Positions 49,990 through 60,641 of a stretch of DNA of 64,000 bases are shown here, piece after piece. Position 1 is the stretch's first letter; every line of letters starts with the position of its first letter. Location: contig NW_003314367.1 of assembly GCF_000143415.4 (NCBI RefSeq), forward strand, positions 310,001 to 374,000, in the 5' to 3' direction. Under the pieces are notes generated by a model. It was not told the origin of the DNA and did no database searches. It worked only from the letters and a program-made list of their open reading frames with translations. The translations under genes were made by a program, and so were the position numbers. Origin of the DNA: Selaginella moellendorffii. Its lineage: Eukaryota > Plantae > Lycopodiophyta.

Positions 49990-51600
49990 CAAGCGTGATT
50001 GGCAGCTCTCAGAAGCGTAAATTGCCGCTTACTGTAGAGCCGGTGCTATATCCTCCACCAAAGAGGCAGAAGAAATGCACAATGCAGGCCACACAAGTGA
50101 AAAAAGCTCAAGAAGTTGTGCTATGGACTGAGAAGTACTCTCCGAAAGCAAGAGGGGACATTGTTGGAAAGCAAAACTTGGTACTACTTTGTGATTTTGT
50201 TTTGTGTTCATTCAAGTTTATGTTGGCAGATTTTGCGACTGCACTCTTGGCTGCAAACATGGGAAGATTATTTGGCTCGTGCAGGTTTGAAGAGGGCAGT
50301 TTTGACCAGCGGGCTACCTGGAGTTGGAAAATCTATTGCTGCTGTTGCCGTCAGCAAGGGTTTCGGTAAGTAATCCTGAAACCTTGCTTTGATATTTCAT
50401 CTTCATGTAGCTTTCATCACAGGCACTTTCTATTGCGTCGAAGGAAAAGCAGCTGGGAAACATTCTGAACGAGTTGTTAAACAATCGACGGCTCTGGTTT
50501 GCTCTTCAGTAGAAAGACGCTGCTCATTGTGGAAGGGATGGATCAGCTGGAGGACTCAACGATTCAGTCTTTATCTGATTTAGTAAGACGGGGCAAACTT
50601 CCAGTCATTTGCATATGTAATGACAGATATCACAAGCGCATCCGCAATCTTGCGGATTACTGGTTCGAGCTCAAGTTCCAGAAACCCAAAACAAACGATA
50701 CGTCTGGTAACGTTGTTTATTCTTCAGATCTTGAAATTGCTTTTCGGTGTTCAGGAGCAAGAAAACGTGCTTGTGGATAAGGTAGCTTGGTGCGATTCAC
50801 GAGCTGCTGACAAAAGCTTTGGTTCAGGAATTTCTGAAATTGCTTGTAGACAGTGCTCAACGGAATGTTCGACAGAGTTTGCTTCAGATGCAGGTGTCGT
50901 ACCTGGTGGTATTTCCAATCTGTGTTTCTTTCTGATCACTGAAGTCTGCAGTATCTGTGTGCTGGAAATCCCGTAAACAGGAAACTAGATGCGAAAGATA
51001 GTATGCCGAGTTCGTTCGCTGTCGTAGACAGGTAAGAATCCGAACACAGCATTACGACTACTACTAACACACGTTGTTCTTAAGCTTGTGCGCTGAATTA
51101 GGCACTCGGACGAACCAACCTCTTCCAGCTCGCATCAATCTCATACTTGAAGATTTCGAGTTTGTTGCACTCCTTGTTCAGGTAAGACAACAGTTTCGAC
51201 CTTTTTTTTGTCTATCTTGTTTCTGTCAGGAAAACTACATCAACTACAAGCCTGCTAACTGAAAGGAAGCGTTTATCATGGATTCTATTTCAAAAGCTTC
51301 GGATTACCTTTACGTTGGAGACATGACCAGCAAAAGCATGCACAAGTATCGGACATGGGAGCTCACAAACTTACTTTGTGCAGTTCTGGCTCTGACCTGG
51401 TATGACATGCAACTTCTCAACTGATGTACTGGTATCTACGGGTATGTTATCTGCAGTTCATCTGTTCTGCAAGGAAGAAGGGAGTCGTTCGATGCTGTAA
51501 GCTTTAATAACCTTGTTCGGATATTCTACGATATGTGTTTTGCAGATGGAAGATAAACTCAGATTTCCTGCATGGCTTACAAAGGGTTGTAAGAGGAAGA
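49990..51600 (+). pseudogene. Replication factor C subunit 1-like gene, diverged or disrupted
   Basis: LWTEKYSPK..DIVG, RAVLTSGLPGVGKS, LPVICICNDRYHKRIRNL and LLVQ|ENYINYKP across short introns. Confidence 0.75.
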
Positions 51601-53244
51601 AAAGAGAGGGACGTTTGCACTGCAGGTCCGGCCGAATCGTGAGATATTTCTGTTTCTGCCTTTAGTCTGTTTTCAGCTTCAGAAGGTTTTGGCTTTGCAG
51701 ATTCATTCCAGAACTCGATATCCTACCACCGTTGCTCAAGCGCCAAGCTCAGAGTGTAGGAACTGTACATTTGCTGGTGATCTGCTACTGACCTTTCTGG
51801 TACCAGATTCCAGATTTCCGAGGTCCCGCAGCTGAAGATCACGCATTTAAACAGACTACGGATGAGCTTTTCGCTCTGCTCAAGGAATGTCGGCACTGAG
51901 TGAGGTTGGAGTGTCAATTCGGGCAATGGTTTTCAACATGACTCGTTGATGCTTTGAATGCACAGAGGTATGAATGATTTTTGTCCTGAAACGGTTGAGC
52001 CGTCTTGATGTTAACAGTGTGTCTCATAGCTGAAACAGATTCGCTGTGCTGCCTCCTTCGAATTCAACAACGCAGTGTGTCAAAGACGTTCATGGCACTC
52101 GTAGTCGCAAATCGTTGCGCTGCTTGTGAGGGAGCTGAGCTCGTTGGAGTGTCAAAGACGTTCACGGCAAACCTTCGAATTCATTTCTGCTTGCAGCAAG
52201 CTGAAATGAGTTCGCAAAATGTTCGGCTGCTTGTGAGGGAGATTTCCGACTCGAGGTACTTTCCTTTCCCACTTTTTCTTGTTTCTTGATCATACACTTC
52301 TCTCTCGTGCATGCAGCCTGCCTGATTCTCATGCGAAATCATTCCCCTCTGATTCCGTGAAGTTTTTGTCTGCTCGTCTGAGTGAGACTTGACAAGTGCT
52401 GATCGTATCATCTAAAACGATGGTTTCTTTTTTTCTTTGTTTTCGTCTGTATCTACGTGCTCTTTTGTGCTGCTCATGACTTTGCTTCTCGTTTCGTGGG
52501 AGCCACGGAATCTTTGATTTTAATTGCCTGAAGCTTAACAGCTGCAGTATAGAGCACTAAGCTCCCCCATTTACTCCTGCCTCCGCCCGAGTCGTCTTCG
52601 CCTCCCTCAGCAATTGCATTTGGTCCTGTTTGATGTGGTGGGTGATCGTTTTGTTTTCTTTTTTTGCTTTGTTTTTTTTGGTGCTTAGGCCAAGCGGACA
52701 GACTTGAAAACATTTTCTTCTTCATCAGCAACAGGAGCTCTTCTCTAGCTCGTCGTCGCTAGTGTTTGGTGGTTTTGTCTAGGGCTCTATTCCAGCAGCA
52801 TCGAAGCGCTTCATGGCACGTAGGGAGTTGATCTTCTCTTCTTCTTCTTCTTCTCCTTGATCTGATCCGATTCATTTCTCTGCCCCTCTCAGAGCAGAGT
52901 TTTTGGAATGCAATCCAGACCTTTGCGTTCCACCGCCAGGTGTGTTTTCTGAAGCAGCAGTTGCAAATAGGGTGATTAAACAACTGCTATTCAATGTTTG
53001 TAGTGTAGTCAACTTTGGAATTTCTCGTCGAATCATGTTTAATGCCTGGCGGGTTTCTTTTGCATCCTCGCCTGCCGAGCTGCGACTACTCCCTAGGTAG
53101 GTCCACTGAGGAAAGAAATCGACAAACAGGTGGTTTTGTTCTTGTTTTTCTTTATTTTATGCCGATTCTCAAGCTCAGCTGCTGACTGCTGTGTGCGTTT
53201 TGTAGATATGGATTCTGCTTCTGCCGCTGCTGTTACCTCTGATA

Positions 53245-54090
53245 ATGTTACCTCTGTCGATGGGAGATCACGACGGCTTGTTGACTGATCTTCTGGACGA
53301 TGTGTTCGGGTTGACATCCAGCCGCGTCTGTCACACTTCTTGCAAGCTTCGAGACGTCTGCAGCTCTGATAAGCTCTGGTTCCCGCAGTGCCAAAGGCTG
53401 GTTAGAGAAGAAGAAGCGGAGGAATACATCGACTTGAGCACTTGGAGGCATGGGATGCAGTTGCAGAAGGCGCTGTTCAGATTCATCAACGGGTCAGGAA
53501 TCTGGTGGGTATTTGGGTGCATCAGAATCCGGAGCTGGGGAACTTAATCTATGTTACTTGGGGATTTCTTTCGGTGGTGGGCTGCCGAATCATACCACCC
53601 CTCGAGGAATGGATTGCGGGTTGCTCTGGGTTCCGGTGTTTGAGATCATCGGCCTTCCTGACGGATCTCTAGCGTTTTTCCTCCACGGAAGGGACAGGGA
53701 CGACTACTGCTATCCCGGGAGATTTGAAGCCGCCAGGAGCAGCGTTCTCTTACTGGAAGCGGAATCGTTCATCACCGAGCAGAAGCAGCGTTTGCCAATC
53801 AGTCCAGACAGCACATCGTGGGGTTTGATGGCGGAGAACAGCGATGGCGACGAGTGCAGCTCGAGAAGATCAGAAAGCAGGTCTGGTACTGTTTCGGTAG
53901 GCTCAGCTTTGGTGACAGAAGACAACTGCTGGAAGCGCTGGTCACGCAAGTCCGGATCAAAATGCCCGCCTCCGTCTTCTTCAAGTCGAAGCATTCTTTC
54001 AAGAAGGAACTCAAGGCTGTGACGGAAAGGCATGCGCTGTTGCTGTGGATGCACATTCACGGGGATCCTTGCAGGATGGAAAGCAAAAGT
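53245..54090 (+). pseudogene. F-box protein pseudogene (inverted copy of 58303-59139)
   Basis: LTDLLDDVFGL..CSSDKLW, LVGIWVHQNPELGNLIYVTWGFLSVVGCRIIP and PVFEIIGLPDGSLAFFLHG; frameshifted. Confidence 0.8.
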
Positions 54091-54153
54091 TGAAATCGTT
54101 TGCAAAAGTTTCTCTTTGTTAGGGACTAATATGATATTCACATTTCTAAGTTT

Positions 54154-54838
54154 CTATTCGTCCAGTTTGTCAAACGCACCATCACAAAACATTTTCATAG
54201 CCACATGGTGGGTAGGCGACCTTGCCATAACGAAATCACAGTTCATGGCCATGTCAAAGTCTCGAAGATCATCATAAACAAGTCCCGGCAGCATGTAATG
54301 AACATGTATCACATTGAAGGAGAGCATTGCTTTGATCTGCCGCTGGCACTCCGAGATGTCTGACTTGAAGATATGGCGGCAAATCTTCGACAGCCCAACT
54401 GCACCATGCGCCACAATGAGCTTCATCACCTCCCTGAACTTAGCCTCTTCCCAGCCGTGACCATGCTCCAGTCCCAGGAGAATCATGGGCAGCTGTGCCA
54501 CCACCATATCTTCAAGAACCACCTCCATGCTGCTTCCTGCTCGAACACATTGATCACACAGTTCTCAAGTGTTAAAGGGTAGCCACCACAGATCTCATAC
54601 ACCCTCTGCTCTCCGACCACGAGTCGGGAGCTGTGGCACCTGCTGTTATGCACTTGGCGACGAGGGTTGACAGGAATGCCTTGGCGTTCTTTTCACCAAC
54701 ATGCCCCACAACAACTGGCTTCCACTGCTCGACGTCTGTGTAACTCTGAAACCACTGTCGAAAAAATGTCATCAGAGGTGGACATAATCACCACAGCAGT
54801 TTGGTCCTGCTTAGTCATGGCTATGAAACATCCCAGGA
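54154..54838 (-). pseudogene. 3' fragment of the P-loop ATPase gene (inverted copy of ~57545-58233)
   Basis: Near-identical to the C-terminal half of the 419-aa ORF, with frameshifts. Confidence 0.88.
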
Positions 54839-55139
54839 GGGTGCCTATATCCTCCTTCCTGGGATGTTTCATAGCCATGACCAAGTAGAACTGGGCTGCT
54901 ATAGTGATTATGTCCACCTTCGATAATTTTTTCCAGCAGTGGTTCTAGAGTCACATAGACATTAAGCAATGGAAGCCAGTTGCGAGGCACTTTGAGCTAC
55001 CACATCTATGAGCCAAGAAGCCCAAGTTCACATCTGTCTTGCAATCTGTGCCACAGCCTGCTATGGGGAACTGAAGTCCGCAGCCCTCATGTCCATGTAG
55101 AAGAGCGGCAACTGGGCTTTCAGCAAAGGGCTGGTATCC

Positions 55140-56930
55140 CACATCACCATGTAGCCAGCTCTGTCTAGTATCCCGAAAGCAGGGTTCACCAAGTTCTTCA
55201 GTAAAGCATCCGAGAACTCCGTATACTGATCAACCACCCCCGGCTCAGCAACGCATCTAGTAGGCGAATCGATGATGAGAAGATGAACAGCTCCCTGGAC
55301 AGAAAAGGTCCCAGCTTTGAAGTACTACTGGACTGCAAGGTTTCCTGAATCTGCATGAATGATTTCCCAACTCCCGTTTCCGTTCTCTGGCATCAGCATC
55401 CTCAACATATCACCTTCTTCCGATCTGGCGATGGGGCTGAAGAAAAAGCCTGGCCCTTGCTGCCCTTGGTGGCCGATCTTGCTGACTTGATATCCATCTT
55501 CACCTGGAGCTTCCTCACAGCACTCTCGTTCTTCCACAATAGCTCTCACCGATAATCCTTGTGTATCTTGTAGCTGGCCATCTCCCATTCCGGACAGCCA
55601 CCAGGAAGGAAATCCAGCCAGAAAGGACAGAACTACACTTCAAAATCGCTAATGTCACACATGAGCCTGCTCCACATGTTGCAACATCCAAAATTTTCAG
55701 GGAGTGCATCATTTTTCCATTAGAAAAACCATAAATAGATAAATATAAATAAAGAAACCAATTAAAGACTTGCCTCATTCTTTTCGAACTCAAATAACTG
55801 AGAATGTAAAATTGTCGCACTGAACTCCTTGTTCTCACGCATGCTCTGGTACATATCTAGCTCGTGCATCTTCATATACCAGGCCATAAACTCGTCAACG
55901 TAACTGCTTGCCTGTTCGACCTGCAAGTGCCATTCCCATTAGCTTTTTTCACAACTTGCTAAGGAGGTCTAAGACCTCCCAACCAAGAGTTCCTTTGCAT
56001 TTAGTACTTCTTCACCCACCGAGGTCGCTCCTATGAAGATAGATAACAATTAAGTAATATATCAACAAAGCAAAAGAGGACTTCATCCACCTCTATGCTA
56101 AGTCCCATTACTCTTTCAATGGCAACAAATTTCATTTTGTCAATATTTAAACTCTTATTACACAAGTTCTAATAAACCAGGCAGAACCTAAACCAGATAC
56201 AATAGACTCAGCTTAATTCGCATTGCAAGGTTTCCTTTGTTCCTTTGGCACTAAGTGGTTAGTAGCGTCAGCGCTCTCCACTCTCAATAGGGTACTAAAA
56301 AAACTGGTACTCCACCCACCACGTTCGCCCATTATGTCAACCGACATTGCCAAAAGACATACCATCTTGTTTCTCCAAGTGAAATTACACTCTTTGATGA
56401 AAACCACCTAATAGAGTTTCAGCTGCCTTCAGTGACTTGCATATTCACTAGCATTCGGTTAGTTATTTCCCCCACAAGCCACTAATCCTAGATAATAAAA
56501 AAACTCGGACAACCAGAAATCCACATCTCTCACAGGGACAAGTTCTATCCAAACATGAGGTGGTTTCACTCCACCAAGCCTTTCGGTTATGCCTGCATTT
56601 CAACGCTTCCACAATCTAATAACTTCAGTTCCATATCTGAGCATTGTGGAGCTCATACACTAAAGGTTACCCAGGGCCTTTACGAGCCTACCAATAACCA
56701 AGAATTTCCAAAACCACATTACAGGTTTTCAAGCTCTTCAAACTCTCTCTATCGGTAAACTAGTTCTCCAGAGTTTCAGTTAGGTTCTCTAGTTAGCCAG
56801 GAAGAAAAACTCCATTCGTTTAGCTTACAACAACTTGTAGCCAGCAAGGAATCTGGATCTTCCAACATGTTTTGAGTTGACGTCCCATTTCGCAGTTCAT
56901 CTGTTTGAAAATAAACTAAAGAAAAATAAA
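55140..56930. repeat. Direct segmental duplicate of ~41195-42995
   Basis: Long near-identical blocks with reciprocal small deletions. Confidence 0.9.
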
Positions 56931-56982
56931 ATTATTAACCGCGCGCGACTTTAGGTTTAACACATTTTAGGGGTTGGCGGCT

Positions 56983-58233
56983 ATGGCGGCTGAAGCGGTG
57001 AGGGAGCTGAAGAAGTCGCTCAACGACGACGAGGGTTTCTTTGATAGGCACGAAGAGATGACTGATCTGCTCACACATATTGAGGCAGGCTTCAACCGCA
57101 TCGCTGTAGTGATGGGCCCCAACGATTCAGGCAAGTCTGCTCTGCTCAAGCAGCTCAGGAAGATGTGGGATACCAGCCCTCTGCTGAAAGCCCAGTTGCC
57201 GCTCTTCTACGTCGACATGAGGGCTGCGAGTTCCCCGGAGCAGGCTGCTGCACAGATTGCAAGTCAGATGCGAACTTGGGCTTCTTGGCTCAAAGATGTG
57301 GCAGCGGCCCTTCTGAAGACGATCGGAGGTGTCAGTGTTGATTTGAAGAAGCTGACGTTCAAGGGCGTAAACCTTGATGCATCGAGCTTTCTAGAGCTGT
57401 TAAAAGCGGAGCCAGTGAAGGACTTAGGCTCTGTCATGAGTTGGTTTATGAGCCTGGCGGCTGAAAACCAGCACAGGAGGCCAATTTTTGTCATCGATGA
57501 AGCTGACAGGCTGAAGTGGTGGTCCGACCAGGATGTAAACACCCTCCTGGGATGTTTCATAACCATGACCAAAAAAGACCGGACTGCTGTGGTGATTATG
57601 TCCACCTCCGACGACCTTTTTCGGCGGTGGTTCCATAGTTATACAGATGTTGAGGAGTGGAGGCCAGTTGCTGTGGGGCACTTTGGTGAAAAGAATGCCA
57701 AGGCATTCCTGTCAAACCTCGTCGCCAAGCGCATAGCAGTAGGTGCTACAGCTCCCGACTCGTGGTCGGAGCAGAGGGTGTATGAGATCTGTGGCGGCTG
57801 CCCTTTAACACTTGAGAACTGTGTGATCGATGTGTTCGAGCAGGGAAGCAGCATGGAGGTGGTTCTCGAAAACATGGTGGTGGCACAGCTGCCCATGATT
57901 CTCCTGGGACTGGAGCATGGTCACGGCTGGGAAGAGGCTAAGTTCAGGGAGGTGATGAAGCTCATTGTGGCGCATGGTGCAGTTGGGTTGTCGAAGATTT
58001 GCCGCTGTATCTTCAAGTCGAACATCTCAGAGTGCCTGCGGCAGATCAAAGCAATGCTCTCCTTCAACGTGATACATGTTCGTTACATGCTGCCGGGACT
58101 GGTTTATGATGATCTTCGAGACTTTGACATGGGGCCTGCCATGAACTGTGATTTCGTCATGGCAAGGTCGCCTACCCACCATGTGGCTATGAAAATGTTT
58201 TGTGATGGTGCGTTTGACGAACCGGACGAATAG
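56983..58233 (+). CDS. Intronless P-loop NTPase resembling the archaeal-type ATPase (ATPase_2/STAND-like) family
   Basis: Open 416-aa frame from the ATG at 56983. FFDRHEEM start, Walker A GPNDSGKS, Walker B IFVIDEAD, VVIMSTSD strand, and GGCPLTL (GxP motif). Confidence 0.75.
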   Translation: MAAEAVRELKKSLNDDEGFFDRHEEMTDLLTHIEAGFNRIAVVMGPNDSGKSALLKQLRKMWDTSPLLKAQLPLFYVDMRAASSPEQAAAQIASQMRTWASWLKDVAAALLKTIGGVSVDLKKLTFKGVNLDASSFLELLKAEPVKDLGSVMSWFMSLAAENQHRRPIFVIDEADRLKWWSDQDVNTLLGCFITMTKKDRTAVVIMSTSDDLFRRWFHSYTDVEEWRPVAVGHFGEKNAKAFLSNLVAKRIAVGATAPDSWSEQRVYEICGGCPLTLENCVIDVFEQGSSMEVVLENMVVAQLPMILLGLEHGHGWEEAKFREVMKLIVAHGAVGLSKICRCIFKSNISECLRQIKAMLSFNVIHVRYMLPGLVYDDLRDFDMGPAMNCDFVMARSPTHHVAMKMFCDGAFDEPDE

Positions 58234-58302
58234 AAACTTAGAAATGTGAATATCATATTAGTCCCTCATCAAAGCAACAAAGACAAACTTTTGCAAACTA
58301 TT

Positions 58303-59139
58303 TCAACTTTTGCTAAGCTTCGTTTTCCATCCTGCAAGGATCCCCGTGAATGTGCAAACAGTGCATGCCTTTCCGTCACAGCCTTGAGTTCCTTCTTGAA
58401 AGAATGCTTCGACTTGAAGAAAACGGAGGCGGGCATTTGATCCAGACTTGCGTGACCAGCGCTTCCAGCAGTCGTCTTCTGTCACCAAAGCTGAGCCTAC
58501 CGAAACAAGTACCAGACCTGCTTTGCCATCGCTGTTCTCCGCCATCAAACCCCACGGTATGCTGTCTGGACTGATTGGCAAACGCTGCTTCTGCTCGGTG
58601 AGGTCCAGTAAGAGAACGTTGCAGTTGTTGCTCCTGGCGGCTCCAAATCTCCCAGGATAGCAGTAGTCGTCCCTGTCCCTTCCGTGGAGGAAAAACGCTA
58701 GAGATCCGTCAGGAAGGCCGAAGATCTCAAACACCGGAGCCAGAGCAACCATTCCTCGAGGGGTGGTATGATTCGGCAGCCCCCCACCGAAAGAAATCCC
58801 CAAGTAACATAGACTAAGTTCCCCAGCTCCGGATTCTGTCTGATGCACCCAAATACCCACCAGATTCCTGACCCCGTTGATGAATCTGAACAGCGCCTTC
58901 TGCGACTGCAGCCCATTCCTCCAAGTGCTCAAGTCGATGTATTCCTCCGCTTCTTCTTCTCTAACCAGCCTTTGGCGGAACCAGAGCTTATCAGAGCTGC
59001 AGACGTCTCGAAGCTTGCAAGAAGTGGCGCTGAGGTTGCAGAGATCTCTGTGACAGACGCGGCTAGATATCAACCCGAACACATCGTCCGGAAGATCAGT
59101 CAACAAGCCATCGTGATCTTCCATCAAGGAAAAAAACAA
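58303..59139 (-). pseudogene. F-box protein, probably pseudogene
   Basis: F-box LTDLPDDVFGLISSRVCHRDLCNLSATSCKLRDVCSSDKLW. The frame slips around VHQ/NPELGNL and near the C-terminus. Confidence 0.8.
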
Positions 59140-59555
59140 GCTCCTGGATCATGCATCAGAGGTAACATTATCAGAGGTAACAGCAGCGACAGGAACAGCC
59201 AGCCACCAAGCCAACTCCATTCGGAAATAAACTGTTACAGAGAATCCTCGAAAAGCGCACAAATATCACATGTTCCTCTACCATACAAAGCAATTGAACC
59301 CAGTGACTATCGGCAGCTCCAAAGGGTCTCATCCACCTACAAGAAAGTACCAATTAGACGCTGCCAGGCCACGTTCATGTCTATGTTCTTGCCCGGAAAA
59401 AGACTTACTATCAGAAGCTCACGACATATAAGCCTTTTTATTTCCGCAGATCCGAATCAGTAAAAAAAATTCCAGAGAAAAAAGAGAACAGTTCGTTGTT
59501 TCTATGAATCACTGAACCAGCAGCAGCGCCACTTTGCGCTTTGGACACGACCTGA

Positions 59556-60179
59556 TCAAGCCATCCAAACCCTGATCCAGTATTTTAAAAGCCGCACAAA
59601 ATCTAGATCTGACAAATGCTTACCTGATAGAGGGATGTGGAACAGTCGACCATGACTTGGTTGTGGGCTGCTATAACATCCTCCTTCACTGTGTCGTGAA
59701 GTGCCTGGAGGTCCTCCTTGATTGCAGCACGCTCCAACCACAGCAACAAAGTCCTCCTTCAAGGCACCATGGATTGCTTGCAAATCCTCCCTCACTGCTG
59801 CACGAATGGATCCCATTCCTGCTCCAACCACGGCAACAACGTCTTCCTTTATGGCACCATGGATTGCTGGCACATCCTCCCTCACTGCACCATGGATCGC
59901 TTGCACATCCTCCCTCGCTGCCACACGAATGCCGGAGGCCATCACCTGGAGATTCTCAGTCACGGCTCCCATTCCTGCACGCATCGTAGATGCCAGCACC
60001 AGCACACAAGCTGTGGTCACGATGCACAACACATTGATCGTAATGGTGCTAACAAGAGCTATTGCAAACCCCGATTTCTCGCAGTTGCAAAGCCTGATTT
60101 CATTGTTACGGACTTGGTGCTGGAATTTCTGATTGCGATGGTGTTTATTACAGAATCTTGTTAGCACCATCGCAATCAT
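59556..60179 (-). CDS. Hypothetical ORF with REDxQAIHGA repeats (inverted partial copy at ~43143-43450)
   Basis: Repeated ~33-nt unit; no recognised family. Confidence 0.3.
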   Translation of the reverse strand: MIAMVLTRFCNKHHRNQKFQHQVRNNEIRLCNCEKSGFAIALVSTITINVLCIVTTACVLVLASTMRAGMGAVTENLQVMASGIRVAAREDVQAIHGAVREDVPAIHGAIKEDVVAVVGAGMGSIRAAVREDLQAIHGALKEDFVAVVGACCNQGGPPGTSRHSEGGCYSSPQPSHGRLFHIPLSGKHLSDLDFVRLLKYWIRVWMA

Positions 60180-60641
60180 TCCATCGCCAGGTCCACAACA
60201 ATAAAATCAAACTTTGCAGCTGCGAGAAATCAGGGTTTGCAACAGCTTTGCAAGACGCAAATGACACTTACCAAAATTTCGAGCCATATCTTCGCAAGAA
60301 CCTAACCTAGGCTTCTCTTTTTTGGAATAAAGGCAATGTTACGTACAATGGGCCACTGGCCACTTTCTTGGTGGGCCGCCGTTCGTACAGTGGTCTGGCG
60401 GGAACTCGAGTTCCTTGTCAGTGGATTCTCGCGATTTCCATCAGTACGCGGCCTCGATGACAAGAGGAGGAGGAAGAGGAGAAGAATGGCGCCCCATCTC
60501 CTCGACTTCCTTCTTCCTCATGGTTTTCCAGGTATGAGAGTGATCCTCGGAATAATCTCGTGTTTGACAATGTAGATGGATGTGTAAGGAAAATGTTTCT
60601 ATTCTTCGTTAACTAAGACCTCGAGGAAATTTTTACAAAGC

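Noticed and set aside
52430-52900. Lys/Arg-rich short ORFs
   Set aside because: Low-complexity T/CTT runs with no supporting motifs.
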